Below are positions 10,751 through 20,704 of a DNA stretch of 64,000 nucleotides, piece by piece. A program made the position numbers and the translations under genes. Position 1 is the stretch's first letter; each line of letters starts with the position of its first letter. The DNA is from Paracoccaceae bacterium (GTDB lineage: Bacteria; Pseudomonadota; Alphaproteobacteria; Rhodobacterales; Rhodobacteraceae): assembly GCA_049446275.1 (NCBI GenBank), contig JBMTQO010000007.1:2286-66285 (forward strand). The letters are read 5' to 3'. The notes below the pieces were generated by a model that made no database searches, had not been told where the DNA came from, and saw only the letters and a program-made list of their open reading frames with translations.

Positions 10751-11835
10751 CCGCGTCCAATCTGGTTTGGGGCAACCGAAACGGATTTTATGATCGCGAA
10801 GCATGAACTGCCAATTTCCAGGTTCAATGCTTGCACCGATCGGCGGGTGACGCGTGCAAGTATGGTGTTTCCTGCACTTTCGATGGAGACAATCGCCCCG
10901 GGCCCACGCCCCAATTTAATCGCGCTTACACGTCCTTGGATCACGTTTAAAGCCGATATATTTTCGGGCTGCACAGTGGATAGCATGACGTCTTGTGCCA
11001 ATACACGTACGCGCACAGACTGTCCAATTTCAGCGTCGAGTCTGGGTAGATAAATAGGTCCTGATGCGCTCTGCAGCTTGCTCAAGCCATCGTCTTCATG
11101 TTTTTCGATCGTCGCCGTTAACAAGGCCCCCGCCGATTGAAGACCCAATTGGGGCACAATATTTGGATCAGCAAATACATCTGTCGCAGATCCCGTTTTG
11201 ATCACGCGCCCATTGTCGATTGCCACAACCTGATCTGCCAATCGAGCAATCTCGGAAACCGAATGACTAATATACAGAATCGGAACTTGGGAATGATCGC
11301 GCAGACGTTCGATATATGGGAGGATTTCCGCCTTTCTTGGATCATCCAAGGCAGACAGCGGTTCATCCATTACTAAAAGCGACGGGTTTGATAGCAGCGC
11401 GCGTGCAATCGCAACCCGCTGACGTTCTCCGCCCGACAACCCCGCCGGTCGACGATGAAACAGATGATCAATGCCTAAGATATCCAAAATTTCGGACAGG
11501 TTAGTTGTGCCAGTCTGGCTGCGGCCGTATCGTTGTGCATATTCCAAATTGCCCTGCACTGAAAAATGCGGAAACAACAAATCCTGTTGGAACACATACC
11601 CAATACCACGGCGATGTGCAGGTCGGTTGACCCGTTGTTCACTGGAAAACAAAACTTCTTCATTCAGGGCGATATGCCCTTCCGTCGGTGCAAAAGCACC
11701 TGAGATCGCTTGCGCAATCGTTGATTTTCCAGCTCCAGAGCGCCCAAACAATGCTGTGACGCCCGATCCTGCACTGAACGCGATGTCCAAGTTAAACCCA
11801 GAAAATTGGTGCCTTATGGAAACATTTAGTGTCAT
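10747..11835 (-). CDS. modC: Molybdate ABC transporter ATP-binding protein
   Basis: GRSGAGKST, LSGGERQRVAIARALL, EILPYIERL, C-terminal TOBE/Mop domain. Start ATG 11835 overlaps the modB stop. Confidence 0.93.
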   Translation of the reverse strand: MTLNVSIRHQFSGFNLDIAFSAGSGVTALFGRSGAGKSTIAQAISGAFAPTEGHIALNEEVLFSSEQRVNRPAHRRGIGYVFQQDLLFPHFSVQGNLEYAQRYGRSQTGTTNLSEILDILGIDHLFHRRPAGLSGGERQRVAIARALLSNPSLLVMDEPLSALDDPRKAEILPYIERLRDHSQVPILYISHSVSEIARLADQVVAIDNGRVIKTGSATDVFADPNIVPQLGLQSAGALLTATIEKHEDDGLSKLQSASGPIYLPRLDAEIGQSVRVRVLAQDVMLSTVQPENISALNVIQGRVSAIKLGRGPGAIVSIESAGNTILARVTRRSVQALNLEIGSSCFAIIKSVSVAPNQIGRG

Positions 11836-12527
11836 TGACCATGCACTCGTTTTTGAACACGCCGCGCCAACCACTCAGACAGCAACAAAGCAGTCACCGA
11901 GATAAAAATAGATACAAATACCAGCGTAAGCGCACCCTGATCTTTGCCCGGCATTTGCAAAAACCCGTATATTGCCGAAGGGATCGTTTGGGTTTGGTTT
12001 GGGATATTGCCCACAAACGTGATCGTTGCCCCAAATTCCCCCAATGCCTTGGCAAAGCCTAAAATGGCACCAACAACAAAACCTGGTAGCGCCATGGGCA
12101 GCGTAATCGTGAAAAACACTGCAATTGGACGGGCCCCTAGCGTCAGGGCAGCGTGCTCCAAATCGGGGTTAATTTGTTCAATCGAGAGCCGCACGGAACG
12201 TACAACCAGCGGGAATGCCATAATTGCCGCCGCCAAGACCGCACCCGTCCATTGAAAGGCTATCGTGATCCCGAAATAGTCATTCAGGATTTGCCCCGCA
12301 AACCCCGCACGACCAAAAAACATCAATAAGAGGTAACCCGTGACAACGGGTGGCAAAATCAATGGCAGATGGACCAAAGCATTCAAAACCTCACGCCCCC
12401 AAAATCGGCGGCGCACCAGCAAAAACGCAACCCATACGGCGAATGGCAGAGATAAAAAAGTTGCCCAAATGGCGATCTTTAGTGATAGCAAAATCGCCGC
12501 CAATTCTTGTTCACCGAAATATAGCAT
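11832..12527 (-). CDS. modB: Molybdate ABC transporter permease
   Basis: HLPLILPPVVTGY, FAKALGEFGATITF, TQTIPSAIY. Confidence 0.93.
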   Translation of the reverse strand: MLYFGEQELAAILLSLKIAIWATFLSLPFAVWVAFLLVRRRFWGREVLNALVHLPLILPPVVTGYLLLMFFGRAGFAGQILNDYFGITIAFQWTGAVLAAAIMAFPLVVRSVRLSIEQINPDLEHAALTLGARPIAVFFTITLPMALPGFVVGAILGFAKALGEFGATITFVGNIPNQTQTIPSAIYGFLQMPGKDQGALTLVFVSIFISVTALLLSEWLARRVQKRVHGQ

Positions 12528-12604
12528 TTGCCTGCCGATCTGTTTCACGCACTATAGTTTCAAAACATTTACTCAGATGCAATCACAACAAAATGATTCA
12601 GGGG

Positions 12605-12704
12605 TTGCAGATTCGGATCGAGAAGCGTATGTAGCGCCCAACAGCGGTTTGTTGGAAACAACACTCCACCGAAAATAGTTCACGGGCCGCGCGCCCGTTT
12701 TTTT
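12605..12704 (+). promoter_or_regulatory. Putative promoter and terminator-like attenuator in the rimP-nusA-infB leader
   Basis: TTGCAG-N17-TATGTA, a hairpin at 12638-12655, then ACGGGC-CGCGC-GCCCGT plus a T-tract ending 12 nt before the rimP ATG. Confidence 0.55.
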
Positions 12705-12716
12705 GTGTTTGGACAT

Positions 12717-13289
12717 ATGACGAATAGCTTGATTGCAAAAACAGCGATGGATCAGCGGATCGCCGAAATCGTCAATCCCGTCATCGAAGATATGGGATTT
12801 GAATTGGTGCGCATTCGTTTGATGGGCGGCCAAACGAAAACGCTGCAAATCATGGCAGACAAACCCAATGGCGGTATTGAGGTGGATGATTGCGCCGACA
12901 TTTCAACTGCGATCAGCGCGGTCATGGATGTCGAGGATCCAATCACAGATGCCTATACACTTGAGGTATCAAGCCCTGGGATCGATCGCCCCCTGACACG
13001 GTTGAAAGATTTTGAAACCTTTGAAGGGTACGAAGTTAAATTGGAAACAGCGGACATGATAGATGGACGCCGCCGTTTTCGTGGAGAACTTGCAGGCGTT
13101 GAAGGCCATGAAGTTCTGATCAACGTTGAAGAAGGAACAATCGGATTAGAGTTTGACTGGCTATCCGAAGCCAAGCTGATCCTAACCGATGATCTCATCA
13201 AAGAAATGCTACGCCAACGCAAAGCGTTGGGCGATATCAACCAAAATGATTTCGATGAAATCGTGACCGAACAGTCCGAGGAGGAATAA
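12717..13289 (+). CDS. rimP: Ribosome maturation factor RimP
   Basis: [20 protein letters not shown]; first gene of the nusA-infB operon. Confidence 0.95.
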   Translation: MTNSLIAKTAMDQRIAEIVNPVIEDMGFELVRIRLMGGQTKTLQIMADKPNGGIEVDDCADISTAISAVMDVEDPITDAYTLEVSSPGIDRPLTRLKDFETFEGYEVKLETADMIDGRRRFRGELAGVEGHEVLINVEEGTIGLEFDWLSEAKLILTDDLIKEMLRQRKALGDINQNDFDEIVTEQSEEE

Positions 13290-13291
13290 GA

Positions 13292-14893
13292 ATGGCAATT
13301 ACCTCAGCCAACCAACTAGAATTGCTACAGACAGCAGAAGCCGTTGCGCGTGAAAAAATGATTGACCCTGGTTTGGTCGTATCCGCAATGGAAGAAAGCT
13401 TGGCCCGCGCTGCAAAATCTCGCTATGGCTCAGAAATGGACATCCGTGTTTCGATTGACCGTAAAACGGGCCGCGCAACATTCACACGTGTGCGTACGGT
13501 TGTTGAAGACGAATTGCTTGAAAACTATCAGGCGGAAATGACCGTTGAACAGGCCAAGAAGTACATGGAAAACCCACAGGTTGGCGAACAATTCATCGAG
13601 GAAATCCCACCAGTCGATATGGGCCGGATTGCAGCACAATCTGCAAAACAAGTTATCCTTCAAAAGGTACGTGAAGCAGAACGTGATCGCCAATACGAAG
13701 AATTCAAAGATCGCGCTGGCACAATCATCAATGGCGTTGTTAAGCGTGAAGAATATGGCAATGTCATCGTTGACGTGGGCCGAGGAGAAGCAATACTGCG
13801 CCGCAACGAGAAGATCGGGCGTGAAAGCTATCGCCCAAATGACCGCGTGCGTTGCTTCATCAAAGAAGTACGCCGCGAAGCGCGTGGTCCACAAATCTTC
13901 CTTTCACGTACAGCGCCAGAATTCATGGCGGAATTGTTCAAAATGGAAGTGCCCGAAATTTATGAAGGCATCATTGAGATAAAATCCGTCGCGCGCGACC
14001 CTGGATCACGTGCAAAAATCGCAGTTTATACAAACGATCATTCAATTGACCCCGTTGGTGCCTGCGTTGGCATGCGAGGCAGCCGTGTTCAGGCCGTTGT
14101 GAATGAGCTTCAGGGTGAAAAAATCGACATCATCCCGTGGAACGAAGATCAGCCAACATTCTTGGTCAACGCATTGCAGCCAGCAGAAGTTTCAAAAGTT
14201 GTTTTGGATGAAGAAGCGGGCAAAATCGAAGTTGTCGTTCCCGAAGAACAACTATCGCTCGCAATTGGTCGCCGCGGTCAAAACGTGCGCCTTGCTAGCC
14301 AGCTCACAGCACTTGATATCGATATCATGACCGAGGCCGAAGAATCAGCGCGCCGTCAGAAGGAATTCGAAGAACGTACAAATCTGTTCATGGAAACATT
14401 GGACGTTGATGAATTCTTTGCACAGTTGTTGGTTGCCGAAGGCTTTACCAATCTGGAAGAAGTTGCCTATGTCGAAATCGATGAACTACTTGTTATCGAC
14501 GGCGTTGATGAGGCAACCGCAGAGGAATTACAGACCCGTGCACGTGAATTCCTAGAAGCACAAGCACGAGCTGCATTGGAGCGGGCGCAGGAGCTTGGCG
14601 TCGAAGATAGCCTAATCAACTTCGAAGGTCTAACACCACAGATGCTACAAGTATTGGCAGAAGATGGTGTTTTAACCCTGGAAGATTTCGCAACATGTGC
14701 TGACTGGGAACTGGCCGGGGGTTGGACAACAGTTGACGGAGAGCGCGTAAAAGACACAGGTCTATTGGAAGAGTTCGACGTTTCTTTAGAAGAAGCACAG
14801 GATTTGGTTATGACCGCACGCGTCATGTTGGGCTGGGTTGATCCAGAGGCATTGGTTTCAGAAGATGCAGCCGAAGAAGTCGAAGAGGACTAA
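13292..14893 (+). CDS. nusA: Transcription termination/antitermination factor NusA
   Basis: GRIAAQSAKQVI, ARDPGSRAKIAV, GMRGSRV, AIGRRGQNVRLA, acidic C-terminal repeats. Confidence 0.97.
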   Translation: MAITSANQLELLQTAEAVAREKMIDPGLVVSAMEESLARAAKSRYGSEMDIRVSIDRKTGRATFTRVRTVVEDELLENYQAEMTVEQAKKYMENPQVGEQFIEEIPPVDMGRIAAQSAKQVILQKVREAERDRQYEEFKDRAGTIINGVVKREEYGNVIVDVGRGEAILRRNEKIGRESYRPNDRVRCFIKEVRREARGPQIFLSRTAPEFMAELFKMEVPEIYEGIIEIKSVARDPGSRAKIAVYTNDHSIDPVGACVGMRGSRVQAVVNELQGEKIDIIPWNEDQPTFLVNALQPAEVSKVVLDEEAGKIEVVVPEEQLSLAIGRRGQNVRLASQLTALDIDIMTEAEESARRQKEFEERTNLFMETLDVDEFFAQLLVAEGFTNLEEVAYVEIDELLVIDGVDEATAEELQTRAREFLEAQARAALERAQELGVEDSLINFEGLTPQMLQVLAEDGVLTLEDFATCADWELAGGWTTVDGERVKDTGLLEEFDVSLEEAQDLVMTARVMLGWVDPEALVSEDAAEEVEED

Positions 14894-14901
14894 GGCACCT
14901 G

Positions 14902-15534
14902 ATGGGTCGTGGCGAAAGACATATGAAGTCCGATGTTGCAGAACGCAAATGCGTCGTGACAGGAGAAGTTCAGCCCAAACATGGGCTGATCCGTTTTGTC
15001 GTATCTTCCGATAACCAAATCGTACCTGATTTAGCCGAAAAATTGCCGGGTCGGGGTGTTTGGGTCAGTTCCACAAGCGATGCCGTTTCAACCGCAATTC
15101 GCAAAGGCCTTTTTTCCCGTGGAGCCAAAAAACCTGTGAGCGTTCATCCCAACCTGTTGACTGATTTGATCGATAACATGGGACGTCGTGTGGTCGAATT
15201 AATTAGCCTGTCGCGCAAATCTGGCCGTGCAGTCGCGGGTTATGAAAAAGTTAAAGATTGGCTTTTAAAAGAAGAGGCTCAAGTGCTGATACAAGCATCT
15301 AATGGGTCAGAGCGGGGCAAATCGAAATTAAGCACGCCATATGGCGGCTCCTTCATTGGTTGGTTAACAGCCGATGAATTGGGCGCGGCCTTCGGGCGAC
15401 AAACGGTAATACATTGCGCTCTCGCCTCTGGCGGTTTGACGCAACGTGTAGTACATGATGCGAAACGACTACAGGGTCTTCGCGAAAATAACGGTGGCAA
15501 AACTGCTCCCGGGAAGGAAAAGACAGCTAGATGA
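14902..15534 (+). CDS. YlxR/DUF448 RNA-binding protein with L7Ae-like C-terminal domain
   Basis: [21 protein letters not shown]; lies between nusA and infB. Confidence 0.88.
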   Translation: MGRGERHMKSDVAERKCVVTGEVQPKHGLIRFVVSSDNQIVPDLAEKLPGRGVWVSSTSDAVSTAIRKGLFSRGAKKPVSVHPNLLTDLIDNMGRRVVELISLSRKSGRAVAGYEKVKDWLLKEEAQVLIQASNGSERGKSKLSTPYGGSFIGWLTADELGAAFGRQTVIHCALASGGLTQRVVHDAKRLQGLRENNGGKTAPGKEKTAR

Positions 15535-18023
15535 GCGATAGTGACGGCAAAAAAACATTAGGTGTTCGTGGCGGCGGTCCACGTTCTGGGAACGTAAAGC
15601 AAAGCTTTAGCCACGGCCGTTCCAAAAATGTCGTGGTCGAAACCAAGCGTAAGCGCATTGTCGTGCCAAAACCGGGCGCAGCAAAACCTATAGCTGGTAG
15701 TGCGGGTGCGGGCGATTCATCTAGCGCGGGCAGCATACAAAATGCTGAGATGGAGCGTCGACTAAAAGCGTTGCAAGCCGCAAAAGCGCGCGAAGCAGAA
15801 GAAGTTGCTACACGTGAAGCAAAAGAAAAAGCGCGCGTGGAAGAGCGCGAACGTCGCCGCGCCGAGCAAGAAAACAAAGAGCGCGAACAGCGTGAATTAG
15901 AAGAGCGCGCAAAAGCAAAAGCCGAAGCGGAAGAGCTTGCGGAAAAAGAAGCCGAAGAACAAAAAGTACGCGAAGCAGTCGAGAACGCTGCCAGAATAGA
16001 GCCTGCAAAACCACGTTCCGACGATGCTCGCACTGCGAAACCAGCGGCCCCAGTTTCACGCAAACGCGAGCAAGAAGACGACAATCGTCGCGCCCGAACT
16101 CGTAGCAGCGAAGGCGAAAACCGCCGTTCTGGCAAGCTTACGGTTTCTCAGGCGCTGGGCGGTGGAGAAGGCGGTCGTCAACGTTCGATGGCGTCTATGC
16201 GCCGGAAGCAAGAACGCGCACGTCAAAAAGCGATGGGTGAATCCCAAGAGCGTGAAAAGATTGTTCGCGAAGTGCAAGTTCCAGAAGCGATTGTGGTTTC
16301 TGAGCTTGCCAACCGGATGGCCGAACGCGTCGCAGAGGTTGTAAAATCACTGATGAAAATGGGCATGATGGTAACACAAAATCAGTCCATTGATGCAGAT
16401 ACTGCAGAATTGATTATCGAAGAATTTGGACACAAAATTGTTCGTGTTTCTGATGCGGATGTTGAAGATGTCATCAACGAAGTAGAAGACGCCTTAGGAG
16501 ATCTGAAGCCACGTCCGCCAGTGATCACCATCATGGGTCACGTTGACCACGGTAAAACATCGCTACTGGATGCGATCCGCCAGGCGAATGTAGTATCGGG
16601 CGAAGCTGGTGGCATTACCCAGCACATTGGTGCGTATCAGGTGACGGCACCTGATGGATCACTTTTGTCCTTCTTGGATACTCCTGGTCACGCGGCGTTT
16701 ACTTCGATGCGTGCTCGTGGTGCTCAAGTAACAGACATTGTAGTTTTGGTTGTTGCGGCCGACGACAGCGTCATGCCCCAAACAATTGAGGCGATCAATC
16801 ACGCCAAAGCCGCGAAAGTTCCAATGATCGTCGCAATTAACAAATGTGATAAACCAGATGCAAACCCAGACATCGTGCGCACAGAGTTGTTACAGCACGA
16901 AGTGATCGTCGAAGCGATGTCAGGTGATGTCCAAGATGTTGAAGTATCAGCATTGGCCAGAACAGGATTAGATCAATTGCTTGAGGCGATTTCGCTACAG
17001 GCGGAAATCCTTGAATTGAAAGCCAATCCAAAACGTGCGGCACAGGGTGCCGTAATCGAAGCGCAGTTGGATGTGGGACGCGGTCCAGTTGCAACTGTTT
17101 TGGTTCAAAAAGGGACTTTGAAACAGGGCGACATTTTCGTTGTTGGTGAACAGTGGGGTAAGGTACGCGCATTGATCAACGACAAAGGCGAACGCGTGAA
17201 GGAAGCAGGTCCATCTGTTCCTGTAGAGGTACTTGGCCTGAACGGCACACCAGAAGCCGGTGACGTTTTGAATGTGGTTGAAACAGAAGCTCAAGCACGT
17301 GAAATTGCCGATTATCGCATCGATCTTGCGAAAGAAAAACGTGCCGCGGCAGGTGCCGCCACAACACTTGAACAATTGATGGCACGGGCGAAAGAAAACG
17401 AAAACCTAACTGAAATGCCAATTTTGGTGAAGGCGGACGTACAAGGTTCTGCGGAAGCGATCGTACAGGCGATGGAAAAAATCGGCAATGATGAAGTGCG
17501 TGTACGCGTCCTGCACTATGGCGTGGGTGCGATTACAGATACGGATGTCGGTTTGGCCGAAGCATCCGGCGCGCCTGTTATCGGCTTTAACGTGCGTGCG
17601 AATGCATCGGCACGGAATTCTGCAAACCAAAAAGGAGTTGAAATCCGCTACTATTCAATCATCTACGATTTGGTGGATGATGTGCGTGCAGCGGCAAGTG
17701 GTCTTTTGTCTGCAGAAATTCGCGAAAACTTTATTGGTTACGCACAAATCAAAGAAGTCTTCAAAGTAACTGGTGTTGGCAAAGTTGCAGGTTGTATCGT
17801 AACTGAAGGCGTTGCGCGTCGCAGTGCAGGTGTACGCCTACTGCGCGACAACGTTGTGATCCACGAAGGAACGCTGAAAACGTTGAAACGATTCAAAGAC
17901 GAAGTGAAAGACGTTCAGTCTGGTCAAGAATGCGGTATGGCGTTTGAAAACTATGACGATATTCGACCTGATGATGTAATCGAAATCTTTGAACGTGAGG
18001 AAGTTGCACGTACACTAGATTAA
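15531..18023 (+). CDS. infB: Translation initiation factor IF-2
   Basis: [36 protein letters not shown]-terminal GQECG. Confidence 0.98.
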   Translation: MSDSDGKKTLGVRGGGPRSGNVKQSFSHGRSKNVVVETKRKRIVVPKPGAAKPIAGSAGAGDSSSAGSIQNAEMERRLKALQAAKAREAEEVATREAKEKARVEERERRRAEQENKEREQRELEERAKAKAEAEELAEKEAEEQKVREAVENAARIEPAKPRSDDARTAKPAAPVSRKREQEDDNRRARTRSSEGENRRSGKLTVSQALGGGEGGRQRSMASMRRKQERARQKAMGESQEREKIVREVQVPEAIVVSELANRMAERVAEVVKSLMKMGMMVTQNQSIDADTAELIIEEFGHKIVRVSDADVEDVINEVEDALGDLKPRPPVITIMGHVDHGKTSLLDAIRQANVVSGEAGGITQHIGAYQVTAPDGSLLSFLDTPGHAAFTSMRARGAQVTDIVVLVVAADDSVMPQTIEAINHAKAAKVPMIVAINKCDKPDANPDIVRTELLQHEVIVEAMSGDVQDVEVSALARTGLDQLLEAISLQAEILELKANPKRAAQGAVIEAQLDVGRGPVATVLVQKGTLKQGDIFVVGEQWGKVRALINDKGERVKEAGPSVPVEVLGLNGTPEAGDVLNVVETEAQAREIADYRIDLAKEKRAAAGAATTLEQLMARAKENENLTEMPILVKADVQGSAEAIVQAMEKIGNDEVRVRVLHYGVGAITDTDVGLAEASGAPVIGFNVRANASARNSANQKGVEIRYYSIIYDLVDDVRAAASGLLSAEIRENFIGYAQIKEVFKVTGVGKVAGCIVTEGVARRSAGVRLLRDNVVIHEGTLKTLKRFKDEVKDVQSGQECGMAFENYDDIRPDDVIEIFEREEVARTLD

Positions 18024-18025
18024 TT

Positions 18026-18054
18026 AAAAAGCGTCCTTATCTGGGGCGTTTTTT
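18026..18054. terminator. Bidirectional terminator between convergent infB and mutT
   Basis: AAAAAGCGTCCT-TATCT-GGGGCGTTTTTT with an A-tract and a T-tract. Confidence 0.7.
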
Positions 18055-18451
18055 ATAACCAGTCTCTTAATATTGTAATGATTGGAATATCCGCTGGAGG
18101 CATTGGATATTTGTTTAGATCTTTTGCATGCGCCCAGGCTAATTCTTGTCCTTCTTTTCCCTGAACAATGCCATCCCATTTGCGACAGGCAAATAGTGGC
18201 ATCAATAGATGAAAGTCTTCATAGGTATGCGACGCAAACGTGAGGGGTGCCAAACAACTGGTCCATGTGTTGATATCCAATTCTTCGTGTAATTCTCGAA
18301 CAAGCGCATCCTCAGGTGTTTCACCAGCCTCAACTTTGCCGCCTGGGAATTCCCATAGCCCTGCCATGGATTTACCCTCGGGTCGTTGTGCCAGCAAAAC
18401 GCGGCCATCGGGGTCGATTAGTGCGACAGCAGAAACCAAAATAATCTTCAT
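18053..18451 (-). CDS. mutT: 8-oxo-dGTP diphosphatase (Nudix)
   Basis: Nudix box GGKVEAGETPEDALVRELHEE; directly downstream of argJ. Confidence 0.92.
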   Translation of the reverse strand: MKIILVSAVALIDPDGRVLLAQRPEGKSMAGLWEFPGGKVEAGETPEDALVRELHEELDINTWTSCLAPLTFASHTYEDFHLLMPLFACRKWDGIVQGKEGQELAWAHAKDLNKYPMPPADIPIITILRDWL

Positions 18452-19677
18452 GACCGGTAATCCGCATTAATTTCAATGTATACATGAGTCAAATCACAGG
18501 TCCATACTGTCGATTTTCCATCACCAATTCCAACATCAACATTCAGTACGATGTTATCATTTTTCATATAGTTTGCACCGTCTTCTTCGCGATAGCCATT
18601 CGCAACCCAGCCTTCTTTCGCTACTAAGATATCTCCGAATGAGATTGACAAACGATCACGATCGGCCGCCGCGCCCGATTTACCAACTGCCATAACAACG
18701 CGTCCCCAATTGGGATCTTCGCCTGCAATCGCAGTTTTGATTAGAGGTGAATTTGCAATGGCCATCGCATGCGTTTTCGCATCAGCATCATTTGCAGCGC
18801 CTGAGACATTGATTTCAACAAATTTGGTGGCACCTTCTCCGTCTCGAACGACCAGGTGCGCAAGTTCTAACATGACCGAATTCAAAGCGTCACTAAAGTC
18901 TTTATCTGATTCCACAATCGCGATCCCACTCGCACCCGTTGCAACCGCCAAAAGCGTATCTGACGTAGATGTATCACTATCAACTGTGATGCAGTTGAAT
19001 GTCTTGTCGGTAATAAACGAAATCATCCGTTGCAAAACAGACTGCTCAATTTTTGCATCTGTGAAAATATAAACCAGCATTGTCGCCATATCCGGCGCAA
19101 TCATGCCTGAGCCCTTGGCAATCCCCGCAATGTTAACAGGTCCCGCTGGCGTCTCAACGACAGCACAGGCACCTTTGGCGTAGGTATCTGTTGTCATAAT
19201 TGCGCGGGCTGCCTCCTCAAGCGCATTTTCGGACAGATTGTCCTTTAATTCATCGATCACGTCGATGACGCGATCATGCGGCAATGGTTCACCAATAACA
19301 CCTGTTGAAGATGTGAAAACGCAATTTGTGGGCAAATCAGTTGTATCAGCCACAGCAGAGGTAATTGCCTTTACAGATGCATGACCAAATTTGCCAGTAA
19401 ACGCATTTGCATTTCCAGAATTAACCAAAATAGCAACACCCGCATCGCTGGATTTTCCGATTTTGCTCTGACAATCCAACACTGGCGCGGCACGTGTTGC
19501 TGATTTTGTGAAAACTCCCGCAACGTTGCTCCCTGCATCTGCAACCGCCAACATGACATCTGTTCTACCCTGATATTTGACACCTGCAGCCGCAGTTGCA
19601 AAACGAACGCCCTTGATCACAGGCAAATCAGGAAATGCTTTTGGAGCTAGTGGAGAAACCTTTGTGATAACGGCCAT
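18448..19677 (-). CDS. argJ: Bifunctional ornithine acetyltransferase / N-acetylglutamate synthase
   Basis: KGSGMIAPDMATML, DGEGATK, DPNWGR, C-terminal INADYRS. Confidence 0.96.
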   Translation of the reverse strand: MAVITKVSPLAPKAFPDLPVIKGVRFATAAAGVKYQGRTDVMLAVADAGSNVAGVFTKSATRAAPVLDCQSKIGKSSDAGVAILVNSGNANAFTGKFGHASVKAITSAVADTTDLPTNCVFTSSTGVIGEPLPHDRVIDVIDELKDNLSENALEEAARAIMTTDTYAKGACAVVETPAGPVNIAGIAKGSGMIAPDMATMLVYIFTDAKIEQSVLQRMISFITDKTFNCITVDSDTSTSDTLLAVATGASGIAIVESDKDFSDALNSVMLELAHLVVRDGEGATKFVEINVSGAANDADAKTHAMAIANSPLIKTAIAGEDPNWGRVVMAVGKSGAAADRDRLSISFGDILVAKEGWVANGYREEDGANYMKNDNIVLNVDVGIGDGKSTVWTCDLTHVYIEINADYRS

Positions 19678-19680
19678 GTA

Positions 19681-20535
19681 TTAGTCCAATTCTGAGATAT
19701 CTGTTTTAACCGCATTGACGTCCAAGGTTGTTGGATCAACACGCTCTACTGCTGCGCCATCAACCATAACTTTGACGCGTTCCTCAATCGCAACGCGCTG
19801 AAGCTCAGCCGCGATTTCTCCCCTAACTTCTTCAAAAGCAGGCGCTTGGAGTGCGCGCATATCGTTTAGAATGATCACATGCCAACCGAATTGTGTTTGC
19901 ACAGGTACCGGGGAAACCTCACCAATTGTAAGGCTCATAACCGCTTGTTCGAAAGGAGCAACCATCCGACCCTGACCAAACCAACCAAGCCCCCCACCGT
20001 TGGGTCCAGAAGGGCCCGTTGAAAATTCTTTCGCTAATGCTGCAAAATCAGCACCATTAGAAAGTTTGACAATCAAATCCTTTGCTTCTTGTTCAGTTTC
20101 AATCAAGATATGCGATGCATTGTATTCACGCCCTAAATCAGCAGCTTCATAGGTTGCATCGTAATAGGCGCGCAGCTTATCTTCGCTGGTCGCTTCTGTC
20201 GTGATTTCATCGATCATCTGTGATGCTGTCAGAATGCGCCGCTCATTATCTACTGCAAATTCTATGTATTTCGCATTCGGGCTGGCGGCAGCTTGGGCAA
20301 GCACGGTTTGTTGAATAATCTGCTCAACAATGCCTTGGAATACCTGTTCAGCAGGAAGTGATTTATATTGCTGTGGCAAGGTGTCATAAACCATCACGAC
20401 ATGCCCCATTTTAATCTCTTCGCCGTTCACGGTTGCGACAACGACATCCGAGTCAATTGATGACTGCGCGTGCGCCACACTGCTCATCAGGCCTGCTGCA
20501 AGCGTTAAATTGGCCATTATCTGCAATAGTTTCAT
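19681..20535 (-). CDS. Parvulin-type peptidyl-prolyl cis-trans isomerase, exported
   Basis: ASHILI, FAALAKEFS, GGGLGWF, TQFGWHVI; signal peptide from ATG 20535 with GGAG RBS. Confidence 0.92.
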   Translation of the reverse strand: MKLLQIMANLTLAAGLMSSVAHAQSSIDSDVVVATVNGEEIKMGHVVMVYDTLPQQYKSLPAEQVFQGIVEQIIQQTVLAQAAASPNAKYIEFAVDNERRILTASQMIDEITTEATSEDKLRAYYDATYEAADLGREYNASHILIETEQEAKDLIVKLSNGADFAALAKEFSTGPSGPNGGGLGWFGQGRMVAPFEQAVMSLTIGEVSPVPVQTQFGWHVIILNDMRALQAPAFEEVRGEIAAELQRVAIEERVKVMVDGAAVERVDPTTLDVNAVKTDISELD

Positions 20536-20704
20536 CGAAAACTCCTTTATTCGCCCTATGGAATAACCCGCGCCGTTGACACTTATTATGCGCCCCTTTA
20601 CATCGCTAAGAGCAATATAAATAGGCACTATCCCTCTCTAATCTTTGCAAGAACGCCTAGCAAGGTGAGGAATGTAAAAATAGTGCGAGATGAACGGAGT
20701 GGCT

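Noticed and set aside
15531-16260. Repetitive E/K/R/A-rich stretch and the long antisense ORF 15527-16135
   Set aside because: Normal charged N-terminal region of IF-2; the antisense ORF is a codon-bias shadow.
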